64,000 nt of DNA. Source: an uncultured Elusimicrobiaceae bacterium. GTDB lineage: Bacteria; Elusimicrobiota; Elusimicrobia; Elusimicrobiales; UBA9959. Position 1 is the first letter of the stretch, and the number at the start of each line of letters is the position of its first letter. Positions 17,684 to 25,485 of this stretch are shown here, piece after piece. Position numbers and translations under genes: made by a program. Under the pieces are notes generated by a model, which worked only from the letters and a program-made list of their open reading frames with translations, searched no databases and was not told the DNA's origin. The stretch spans positions 52,405 to 116,404 of the forward strand of contig CAYQJX010000004.1 in NCBI GenBank assembly GCA_964417965.1, given 5' to 3'.

Positions 17684-19507
17684 CTATACCAGGTCCATCA
17701 GCGTCTTGGCGTAGGCGGCCTTGGACTTCAGCCTGTCCTGCGGCAGCCACGCGCTCTTTATCAGGAAACTGTCGAGTATCTTGAAGGCGATGTGGCGGAA
17801 TTCCGCCTCCTGCGCGCCCAGCGCCGAGGTAGGCTGGGGGCCTATCACTATGGCCCCGTTCACGCCCTTCTCCGCCGCGTAGTTGCCGATCCGGAAAGGG
17901 ATGCCGTAAAGCTCGTCGGAGTTGTACTCCTCCGTGAAGACCTGGCACCACTCGGTGTTCATGCCGAGCTCCTTGACGCGCTCATGCAGCGAATAAAGGG
18001 CGAAATCCGCCTCGCGCTTCATGCCCTTGGGGTAGAACAGGCCCCACTTGAACCAGGAGTCCTTGGAGGAAGGCTGCCAGGAGGAGGCCTTGCCCAGGTC
18101 GTCCTCGCCGGGAGGGCCGCCGGCCGCGCTTTCGCCCACGCCCGTCAGCATGTCGATAAGCTGCGAGTGCGTGGAGTTGTTCATGGAGTTGACGATGAAC
18201 TTCTCCAGCTTCTTCATGGCTTCCAGCGTCTTGGTCACGTCGCCGAAAGGCACCAGGTTGGAGGCGAAGAAATTGTTCATCTCCTCGTCGGAAAGCTTTA
18301 CGTCTACGCCCTGCAGCAGCTGGGTGAGGATGGCCTTGTAGGCCTGGGCCGTGGGCGGCTTCAGGTCCACCATCCAGCCCTGGGTGAACTGGAAACCCAC
18401 CGCGTCCTCGAGCCCGGCCAGCGACTTCGGCGGGAAGACGGAAGTGACCACGACCTGCTTGTTCTGCGTGACGAAGTCGTTGAGCCACTTGGACAGGTAT
18501 TTCTTATTGGCCTCCGACACCATCAGCAGGTGCACGTCGTCGATGATGAGCACCTTCACCTTGCCCAGCAGCTCTTCCAGCTTGGCGATGGCGCCGTCCT
18601 TGACGGCCAGTTCTATCCCCTTGGAGAGCTTTATCCCGTCGGTGACGAAGATGTTGCTCTGCCCTATCGAGGCCGAGAGGCCGTAGGAGATGGAGTTCAC
18701 GAAATGCGTCTTGCCTGTGCCGGGGTTGCCGAACACCAGCAGCGGGTTATAGATGACTCCGGGGTTCTCCAGCACGGCCATCGCGGCCGCGTGGGCGAAC
18801 CGGTTGTGGGAACCGGCGATCAGGGTCTGGAAGCTGTAGGTCGGGATGAGCGGCAGCTCCATGGACCAGCGGGCCTTTATGCGCGAGGAGACGGACGGTC
18901 CGCCCGCCGGTGCGGCCGCGGCCGCCGCGGGCACAGGAGCGGGAGCCGGGGCCTGGGCGGGCTCTTCCCTCCTCATGCGGTTGGAGATGGACGGTACGCC
19001 CATGCCGGGCCTGCCGGCCTGGGGCTGCGCCGGCGCCGGCTGTTCGGCCGGTTTCGGGGCGGGAGCGGGAGCGGGCGCGGGGGCGGGCGCGGGGGCCGGC
19101 TTAGGCTGCTCTATGGGTTTGGGCGCAGGAGCAGGAGCGGGAGCGGGCTGTTGCACAGGGGCCGGTTTCGGCTGCTCCGCCGGTTTGGGGGCCGGTTCGG
19201 GCGCAAGCTTCAGCTTGGGCTTCGGCACGTCGAAAGGCGCCGGTTCCCCGAAAGCCTCCTCGGGCTCGGGGGCCGCGGTGCTGAGCTCGGAGGTGACGGC
19301 CTTCAGTTTCACCATCGTATCCATCTCCAGCTTGGAGAGGTAGATGATGAAGTCGAAATCGCCCGCGGTTTTTTCTGGACGCGAGCAGACGCTGCCCAGC
19401 TTCTTGACGATCAGGAAGATGTCTTTCATCTCCCCCTTGATCTGGAGCTTGTGGCGGCCGGGGTTCTTTTCGTTCGGGGCCGGGGCGACGTCCCACTTTT
19501 TTATCAT
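17684..19507 (-). CDS. DnaA/Hda-like AAA+ ATPase with Pro/Ala-rich linker and unknown N- and C-terminal domains (no DnaA domain IV)
   Basis: The region FQTLIAGSHNRFAHAAAMAVLENPGVIYNPLLVFGNPGTGKTHF...LIIDDVHLL...QVVVTSVFPP follows the DnaA domain III pattern. The start is taken at MIKKWDV (ATG 19505-19507). No HTH/domain IV is recognisable. Confidence 0.7.
   Translation of the reverse strand: MIKKWDVAPAPNEKNPGRHKLQIKGEMKDIFLIVKKLGSVCSRPEKTAGDFDFIIYLSKLEMDTMVKLKAVTSELSTAAPEPEEAFGEPAPFDVPKPKLKLAPEPAPKPAEQPKPAPVQQPAPAPAPAPKPIEQPKPAPAPAPAPAPAPAPKPAEQPAPAQPQAGRPGMGVPSISNRMRREEPAQAPAPAPVPAAAAAAPAGGPSVSSRIKARWSMELPLIPTYSFQTLIAGSHNRFAHAAAMAVLENPGVIYNPLLVFGNPGTGKTHFVNSISYGLSASIGQSNIFVTDGIKLSKGIELAVKDGAIAKLEELLGKVKVLIIDDVHLLMVSEANKKYLSKWLNDFVTQNKQVVVTSVFPPKSLAGLEDAVGFQFTQGWMVDLKPPTAQAYKAILTQLLQGVDVKLSDEEMNNFFASNLVPFGDVTKTLEAMKKLEKFIVNSMNNSTHSQLIDMLTGVGESAAGGPPGEDDLGKASSWQPSSKDSWFKWGLFYPKGMKREADFALYSLHERVKELGMNTEWCQVFTEEYNSDELYGIPFRIGNYAAEKGVNGAIVIGPQPTSALGAQEAEFRHIAFKILDSFLIKSAWLPQDRLKSKAAYAKTLMDLV
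19056..19148 (-). repeat. Imperfect hexanucleotide (GGNGCN)n tracts encoding (Pro-Ala)n
   Basis: The tracts ggggcgggagcgggagcgggcgcgggggcgggcgcgggggccgg and gggcgcaggagcaggagcgggagcgggc encode PAPAPAPAPAPAPAP and APAPAPAP inside the AAA+ gene. Confidence 0.6.
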
Positions 19508-19514
19508 AGTTGTA

Positions 19515-21536
19515 TTAGCGCAGTATAAGGTCCGACACCAGGTCCAGAGCGGCCGTGTGGTTGAAGCTGGACGAATCATAATGCCTGAAGAAGCCGCTGG
19601 CGCCGGAGAAAGTGTTCTCCATCTCGTAGACCTTCTCCTGCGGCACGGCGCCGACGCAGACCAGGCCGATGGCGCCGGTATCGGTCACCATCTGCAGCGC
19701 GACGTTGGCGTTCAGGTCGGCCTCGCATTCGCGCACCGAGGAGCGCTTTACGAACATCGGCTTGGAGGCGGACTTGAGGCAGATGGCGTCCAGTTCGGCC
19801 ATGACGGTGGCGCACAGGGCTTTATCCTCGGGAGCGTAAAGGAAGACCAGCCCCTTGACGCGCTCGGCGGGGATGCCCTCCGGGACGGGCCTTTCGGAAA
19901 GGCCGGCCAGGTCTCCCGCCTGCGAGCGGGAAGTTACGCCGGGGATCTGCCCGGCCTGGAAGATAACGGTTTTCTCTTCGTCCCCGGAAGACCCGGAGGG
20001 AGGAGCGATCACAAGCGTTTCGTCGCCGGACGGCTCCGGAACGGCGGCCGCCGGCTGGCCGGAGAACATGGCGCTGGCGGGTTCAAGCTCTATGCCCTGC
20101 GGCGCGGAAGGCCCGGCGGGCGCCTGGAACTGCTGCGTGCTGTCGCCCTGGCTGCCGACGGTAAGCTCCGCGCCCCCGTCCTGGAGGGCTGGCTCGGCCG
20201 GAGAGCCGAGGGAAATACCGGCGCCGGTCTCGATGGCCGGCTCGGCCGGAGCCTGCACCTGAAGGGTTTCCCCGGCCTGGTCAGGCTGGATACCGAGAGA
20301 AAGTTCCTCTATACCGGGAATGGAGGGCTCGACCGCAGGCTGCGCCTGCAGGGTCTCCACAGCCTGGTCGGGCTGGGCTCCGAGAGAGATTTCCTCTGCG
20401 CCGGCTATAGCCGGTTCCGGCTGCTGGGGTTCGGCCTGCAAGGCTTCCGGAGCCGGCTCCAGACGGAGCGTCTCGCCGGCGTCCTGGGCCGGGGCGGTCT
20501 CCCCGGTGGACGGTTCTATGGTAAAGGCTTCAAAGCCGGTGGGTTCAGGGGTCGCCGGCTCTATGATAAAAGCCTCGGGACCGGCCGCCGGCGCCTGCTG
20601 CGCCTCGGCCTGGAGAGGAATCTCTTCTTTCTTTTCTTCTTCCTGATCGTTGTTCTGCACGATATCCCCCTGCTGCGGCGCTGCCGCTTTAAGCTGTTTT
20701 TCAAATTCCGCGAGTTCGTCTCCGGTGGGCACCGGTTCGCCAGGGTCCGCCGCCGGAGCCAGCGAAGCCTGCGCCAGGGGCGCCTCCGCCTGTTCCGTCT
20801 CCGGGGCTGCCGAAGGCTGTCCTGATTCGGAAAGCTGCAGAAGGGCGTCTATATCCGGGATGCCGAAATCCCTGGTGGTGTCATACTGCCTGGAAGAAGG
20901 CTCTCCCTCCGGCAGGCCGAGCGGGGCCAATTTTATGGGGTCGGCCGATTCGGCCGGGAGGCCGGAAAAAAACGACTCGGGACCGGGCTTCTGCGTCTCG
21001 GCCTCCGGAACGAATTCCTGGCTTAGTTCCTCGGCGGGGGTAAACCCGGCCGGAGCCGGAGCTTCCTCCGGCTGCGGGACGGCGGGGCTTTCGGCAGGGG
21101 GCTGTTGGTTGTTTTGCTCGGCCCCGGCCCCGAACATGAAGTCCCCGAGGCTCTGCAGCTCCATTTTTTCCGCCGCGGGGGGAGCGGGCTGCTCTTCGGC
21201 TTTAGCCTCCGGGGAGGCGGCGCCTTCGGGAAGGCCGGAGAAGGACTGCAGCACTACGGTCTTTTCAGCGTCGAAATTTTGGGCGGCGGGTTCGGGAGCG
21301 GGTGAGCCTTCCTGCAGACCGGAAAAAGGCGGCAGGACTACGGTCTTATCCGCGTCAGCGGAAGGAGGCGGGAGCTTGACCTCGTCCCTGGCCGGCTCGG
21401 GCGCGCGTTCCGCCGGCTGCGGTTCGGGCATCTTTATGCCGTCAAGGATGGACGGCATCTTGTTGAGCAGGCCGTTGAGGTCCGAGAGGATGTCGTCTAT
21501 TGATTCTTTTTTCTTTTTTCCGTCTCTGCTGTCCAT
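19515..21536 (-). CDS. Acidic Pro/Glu/Ala-rich repeat protein (predicted largely disordered) with structured C-terminal domain
   Basis: 673 aa. N-terminal amphipathic segment ESIDDILSDLNGLLNKM, several internal peptide repeats, and a C-terminal region of about 115 aa with normal composition. It lies 7 nt upstream of the AAA+ gene. Confidence 0.6.
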   Translation of the reverse strand: MDSRDGKKKKESIDDILSDLNGLLNKMPSILDGIKMPEPQPAERAPEPARDEVKLPPPSADADKTVVLPPFSGLQEGSPAPEPAAQNFDAEKTVVLQSFSGLPEGAASPEAKAEEQPAPPAAEKMELQSLGDFMFGAGAEQNNQQPPAESPAVPQPEEAPAPAGFTPAEELSQEFVPEAETQKPGPESFFSGLPAESADPIKLAPLGLPEGEPSSRQYDTTRDFGIPDIDALLQLSESGQPSAAPETEQAEAPLAQASLAPAADPGEPVPTGDELAEFEKQLKAAAPQQGDIVQNNDQEEEKKEEIPLQAEAQQAPAAGPEAFIIEPATPEPTGFEAFTIEPSTGETAPAQDAGETLRLEPAPEALQAEPQQPEPAIAGAEEISLGAQPDQAVETLQAQPAVEPSIPGIEELSLGIQPDQAGETLQVQAPAEPAIETGAGISLGSPAEPALQDGGAELTVGSQGDSTQQFQAPAGPSAPQGIELEPASAMFSGQPAAAVPEPSGDETLVIAPPSGSSGDEEKTVIFQAGQIPGVTSRSQAGDLAGLSERPVPEGIPAERVKGLVFLYAPEDKALCATVMAELDAICLKSASKPMFVKRSSVRECEADLNANVALQMVTDTGAIGLVCVGAVPQEKVYEMENTFSGASGFFRHYDSSSFNHTAALDLVSDLILR
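20181..20399 (-). repeat. Tandem coding repeat, 87-bp (29-aa) period
   Basis: Two and a half copies: AEEISLGAQPDQAVETLQAQPAVEP / IEELSLGIQPDQAGETLQVQAPAEP / GAGISLGSPAEPALQDGG. DNA copies are visible at about 20279-20310 and 20366-20397. Confidence 0.7.
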
Positions 21537-21575
21537 ATAATGCCGCCCCCGTGCCTATAATTATATAAACGCGTG

Positions 21576-22514
21576 TTACTTTTTAATTATAGCAAGTTGT
21601 TTGCGCAACATTAACGTCCTTTTTGCGCCCTCCGCCAGTTCTCCTCCCCCCTTCCCGGCCAGGGCGGCCAGGTAGGCGGGCGTCTCGGCGGCGGAGGAAT
21701 AGGCCAGGCATTCGAAAGCCCTGGAGCGGAACTCCGGGTCAACCCCGGCTATCAACCCCGCCAGGTAGCTGTGGCCCTCCGGCCGGTTCAGGCGGGCGAG
21801 CGAGCAGGCGGCGTAAAATTTATCCTCGCGGGACGGATCGTACAGCAGGGTCTTCTCCATCGCCCCGCTGAAGTCCTCCAGGCCGCCCATGGAGGCCAGG
21901 AAATAACCGGCGTTGACCAGCCCCGCGTCGCCGGCGGCGATAAGGCCCGCGGAGACCTCGCGGATCTCCCCGGCGTACGGGGCTGTGTCGAGGCCGCGGC
22001 CAGCGGCGTAGCCGGCGGCCAGCGCCGACTGCCGGCGCGCGGCCGGCAGGGCGGAGCGGGCCCCTTTGAGCAGGGCTTCGAACCAGAGTCGCCGGTCCGC
22101 GGCCAGGGCGTCCTCCCGGGCCCATTCCCCGAGGGTCGCGGCGGCGGCCAGCGCCACGCGTTCCTCGCGGCTGAGCAGCAGCGGCGGGACGCGCAGCTTG
22201 TCTGCCCCGGGCAGAAAGCGCAGCCCCCGCATTTTCTCCAGGGAGTAGACCACCCCGTCGTAATTATTAAAGGAGTCCTCGCCGGCGGCGGCGTCCACCA
22301 CTTCGGCAGGCTCCCCGGAGCTGCGCGGAAAATTCTGGTAAAGGAAGAAGAAGAGCCCGCAGAACAGCACCAGCAGGCAGGCGCCCAGCATAAGGCCGGA
22401 GTCTTTTTCTTCAAGCGGAGGGAGCCGCACGGGGACCGCGGCGAGATCGCGCCCGCAGATGGCGCATTTAAGGGCGGCGGCGTTGCCGTAGCCGCAGGAA
22501 GGGCAGACCCTCAT
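21576..22514 (-). CDS. Zinc-ribbon / single-TM / HEAT-like repeat protein
   Basis: N-terminal CPSCGYG...CAICGRDL (CxxC...CxxC) and TM helix LMLGACLLVLFCGLFFFLY, followed by Ala-rich helical repeats. The start MRVCPSC gives an ATGA overlap with the mtaB stop. Confidence 0.55.
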   Translation of the reverse strand: MRVCPSCGYGNAAALKCAICGRDLAAVPVRLPPLEEKDSGLMLGACLLVLFCGLFFFLYQNFPRSSGEPAEVVDAAAGEDSFNNYDGVVYSLEKMRGLRFLPGADKLRVPPLLLSREERVALAAAATLGEWAREDALAADRRLWFEALLKGARSALPAARRQSALAAGYAAGRGLDTAPYAGEIREVSAGLIAAGDAGLVNAGYFLASMGGLEDFSGAMEKTLLYDPSREDKFYAACSLARLNRPEGHSYLAGLIAGVDPEFRSRAFECLAYSSAAETPAYLAALAGKGGGELAEGAKRTLMLRKQLAIIKK

Positions 22515-23749
22515 ACCGCCCCCGAACATTCCCCGCCGCGCGCGGCCGTGATCACGCAGTCCACCAGCGCGCCCGGCGCCAGCTGCCCGGGAAGTTCTAC
22601 GTTTACAAAATTGGGGGCCAGGGCCAGGGCGCGGCCTTCCTTGTTCTTAAGGACGAGGACGGTGAACCTCTTGCCCAGCATGGAGGCGGCGAAAGCCGCC
22701 CTCAGTTCCTTGTCCAGGGCGCGCAGCGCGGCGGAGCGGGCGGCGACGGCCGCAGGCGGCAGCGGCTTCAGGGCCGCGGCGCGGGTGCCCGGCCGCGCGG
22801 AGAAACTGAACACGTGCAGCCCGGAGAGCCCCAGCTCCCGGACATAGGCCAGCGCCGCCGCGAAATCCTCTTCGGTCTCGGTTGGGTAGCCGGCGATGAT
22901 ATCCGCGTAGATCCCGACGCCGGGGAAAACGGAGCGCAGATCCTCGACCCTGACCTTGTAGCCGGCGGTGTCGTACAGGCGGCCCATGGCCCTGAGCACA
23001 GGGTCGGCGCCGGCCTGCAGCGGCAAATGGAAATAGCGGCAAAACTTGTCGCCGCCGGCTTTGAGGACCTTCAAAAGTTCAGGGGTAAGCTCCTGCGATT
23101 CCACGGACGAGAAGCGCAGGCGGAAGTTGCCTTCCAGCGCGAACAGGCGCTCCATCAGCGCGGCGAGGTCGGCCCCGGTCTCAGGGCACCTGTAGATGCC
23201 GAGGCGGGTGCCGCAGAGCACGATCTCGGCGAAACCGGAGCGGACCAGTTTTTCCACCTCGGCTGCGGCGGCGGCGAGGGGCTTGGACTTCAATTCGCTG
23301 CGGGCCAGGTTGACCAGGCAGTAGGCGCACTTGAGGTTGCAGCCGTCCTGCACTTTTATGAAGGCCCGCGCCTTGCCGTGAAATTTAGAGACGGAGAAGA
23401 AGTCGTCCGAAGGAGGCGCGCCGCAGAGCAGGGCGGGGATAGACTCTTTGTCCTTGTTGGAGAACAGCGTGGCGCCGGGGGCGGCCGCCAGTATTTTTCC
23501 GGGCTCCAGCGTGGCCAGGCAGCCGGTCACCGCTATGGCGGCCCCCGGGTTGGCGGCGGCCGTCCGGCGCAGGAAGGCTACGCAGTCGCGGTCGGCCTTG
23601 GCGGTGACGGAGCAGGTGTTGACCACCACGAGGTCGGCGGTTTCGGGATCGGCGGAAACGGAATGACCGAGAGCCAGGAATTTTTCGCGCAGGCTCTCGG
23701 TCTCCACCTGGTTGACCCGGCACCCGACGGTCTTGAAATAGATCTTCAC
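22511..23749 (-). CDS. mtaB: Radical-SAM methylthiotransferase (MtaB/MiaB family)
   Basis: UPF0004 N-domain (KTVGCRVNQVETE), radical-SAM motif CNLKCAYC, and a C-terminal TRAM-like region. Confidence 0.85.
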   Translation of the reverse strand: MKIYFKTVGCRVNQVETESLREKFLALGHSVSADPETADLVVVNTCSVTAKADRDCVAFLRRTAAANPGAAIAVTGCLATLEPGKILAAAPGATLFSNKDKESIPALLCGAPPSDDFFSVSKFHGKARAFIKVQDGCNLKCAYCLVNLARSELKSKPLAAAAAEVEKLVRSGFAEIVLCGTRLGIYRCPETGADLAALMERLFALEGNFRLRFSSVESQELTPELLKVLKAGGDKFCRYFHLPLQAGADPVLRAMGRLYDTAGYKVRVEDLRSVFPGVGIYADIIAGYPTETEEDFAAALAYVRELGLSGLHVFSFSARPGTRAAALKPLPPAAVAARSAALRALDKELRAAFAASMLGKRFTVLVLKNKEGRALALAPNFVNVELPGQLAPGALVDCVITAARGGECSGAV

Positions 23750-23880
23750 TTGCCTATTTTACAATTTTAGGGACTGCTTCGTGTAACTCACCCGGCTCCC
23801 CGCGCCGGACAGCAGACCGCCCCGGCACAGGAGTGGCGGGGCGGGTTTAAGCCGGGGGCCCGGTCAGGGACGCGGGGCGG

Positions 23881-24189
23881 TTATTTTTTCGGGGACTGCT
23901 GTATCAGGACGCCGGTCTTTTTTATCTCTTTGCGGAAACTGACCCCGGTGGCGCCCCAGTCTATGGTCTCCACGCGGAAAGGTAGGCCGGCGGCCTTGAA
24001 TTCGGTCGCCAGCTTCTCCAGCCGCGCCGGCACCAGCGGCTTGTCGGACATCACCACGATGTCGAGATAGGAATAGGTTTTGGCGGTGCCGTCGGCGCGC
24101 GAGCCGTACACCAGCACGTCGTATTCCGGCACGTTGCCGGAAAGGATCTTCTTTACTTTTTTGAGGTATGCGGGTTTAAGGTCTATCAT
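23881..24189 (-). CDS. Nucleotidyltransferase-domain (Pol-beta/MNT-like) protein, no HEPN partner
   Basis: YGSRADGTAKTYSYLDIVV fits hG[GS]x(9-13)Dh..., but the second acidic residue is Val. The start is taken at MIDLKPA. No HEPN-like ORF is adjacent. Confidence 0.6.
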   Translation of the reverse strand: MIDLKPAYLKKVKKILSGNVPEYDVLVYGSRADGTAKTYSYLDIVVMSDKPLVPARLEKLATEFKAAGLPFRVETIDWGATGVSFRKEIKKTGVLIQQSPKK

Positions 24190-24293
24190 AGGGGTTCTCC
24201 TAGCGGGCGCCATACTATCTTCTACCATTTGCCGGCCCCCGCGGGCAAGCCCGCAGGTCCTCGCAACATTGATACCTCTTAACGGAAATCAAT

Positions 24294-24321
24294 TTGCAAC
24301 AGGGATAAATTATGATATATT
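24294..24321 (+). promoter_or_regulatory. Putative sigma70-type promoter of the response-regulator gene
   Basis: TTGCAA (24294-24299), 16-nt spacer, TATATT (24316-24321). An AGGGGA Shine-Dalgarno lies upstream of ATG 24352. Confidence 0.35.
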
Positions 24322-24351
24322 CGAGTTTTAGGGTTATTAGGGGATTAACAT

Positions 24352-24771
24352 ATGCACAAGATATTAGTGGTAGACGACGAAAAGTCGATCCTGGAGATGC
24401 TCAAGTATTGCCTTGAGCACGAAGGCTATATGGTGCTGACGGCCGAGACCGGCGAGATGGCACAGAACTGGATAAAAGAGGTCAAGCTGGACCTGGCCAT
24501 AGTGGACCTGGGCCTCCCGGACATCAGCGGGCTGCAGGTCTGCGAATTTCTCAAGGAAGACCCCAAGACCCGCGCCACGCCGATAATAATCCTCACCGGC
24601 AACACCACTAACGACGCCAGGATAAAAGGCAACTGCTGCGCCAACGCGGAGCTGTTCCTGAACAAGCCGATAGAGATAGAAGACCTGCGCAAGGCCGTGG
24701 CTTCGATCCTGGAAAAATCAGAGAAGAAGAAACTGCTGCTGAGGAATTCTTTCAAGGCGCGGCTGGATTGA
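24352..24771 (+). CDS. Stand-alone response-regulator receiver (CheY-like)
   Basis: ILVVDDE, phospho-acceptor context DLAIVDLGLPDISG, ILTG and NKP. There is no output domain. GC content is visibly lower than in the surroundings. Confidence 0.85.
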   Translation: MHKILVVDDEKSILEMLKYCLEHEGYMVLTAETGEMAQNWIKEVKLDLAIVDLGLPDISGLQVCEFLKEDPKTRATPIIILTGNTTNDARIKGNCCANAELFLNKPIEIEDLRKAVASILEKSEKKKLLLRNSFKARLD

Positions 24772-24774
24772 AGA

Positions 24775-25485
24775 CTAGCCGAGCCGCGTAAGCAGGGCGG
24801 ACGCGGCCGCCAGGCAGGCGGACTCCGCCCTTAAAGTATACAGGCCCAGGTTCATGAAGGCGGCGCCCCGGCCGCGCGCGAACTCCATTTCCCCTTTCGT
24901 AAAGCCCCCCTCCGGTCCTACAAAAAGCTTTATCCCGGAAACGCCGGCCAGCCCCTTGGCCGCCTCGTCCGCGGAGAGTCCTCCGGCCGCCGCGAACACG
25001 GCCGCCCCGCCCGCGGCAAGCAGGTCGTCGAGCTTTTCCGGCTTGCGCACTTCCGGCAGCACGCCGCGGCCGCACTGCTTGGCGGCGGAGAGCACCACCT
25101 GGTTCAGGCGGCCGGCCCTGCGCTCCCAGTCGCTGAACAGGTCGAACTGCACCCTGGAGGCCATTACGGGCTGGAATACGTCCACCCCCGCCTCGGTGCA
25201 GTGCTCCAGGATGGCCTCCAGCGCGGGCCTGGCCACCACCGCAAAGCACAGCGTCAGCCGGGTCTTGTAGGCCGGGCTGGGCAGCCGTTCCCCCAGCGTT
25301 CCGGACACCAGGTCCCCCGAGAGGGACTTGATCACGGCCTTGTAGCGCGCGCCTTTGCCGTCGAAGATCTCGATCTCGTCGCCGGCCCTGGCCCGCGCCG
25401 CCCTGGCTATATGGTTGGATTCGTCCGGCCCGGCGAAAAACTCGCCGTTGCGGATATTCTCGGACGGGATGAAATATTGAGGCAT
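24775..25485 (-). CDS. rsmE: 16S rRNA (uracil1498-N3)-methyltransferase RsmE
   Basis: The start is taken at [11 protein letters not shown]... (ATGA overlap with the dnaJ stop). PUA-like N-domain plus SPOUT C-domain (LFVGPEGGFTKGE). The upstream 103 codons of the track ORF are Arg/Pro-rich junk. Confidence 0.85.
   Translation of the reverse strand: MPQYFIPSENIRNGEFFAGPDESNHIARAARARAGDEIEIFDGKGARYKAVIKSLSGDLVSGTLGERLPSPAYKTRLTLCFAVVARPALEAILEHCTEAGVDVFQPVMASRVQFDLFSDWERRAGRLNQVVLSAAKQCGRGVLPEVRKPEKLDDLLAAGGAAVFAAAGGLSADEAAKGLAGVSGIKLFVGPEGGFTKGEMEFARGRGAAFMNLGLYTLRAESACLAAASALLTRLG

Noticed and set aside
17684-19507. Possibility that the DnaA-like gene is the replication initiator, with oriC nearby
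   Set aside because: No domain IV (DNA-binding HTH) is recognisable. I saw no cluster of DnaA boxes or an AT-rich unwinding region next to it. The single TTATCCACT near 36632 lies inside a BMC-P gene and is isolated.
16403-19528. 1041-aa plus-strand ORF, the longest in the track
   Set aside because: It runs antisense to the histidine kinase and AAA+ genes. Its composition is Gly/Arg/His/Leu/Val-rich with no recognisable motif, which is the typical shadow ORF of a GC-rich genome. The opposite-strand genes have clear catalytic motifs.
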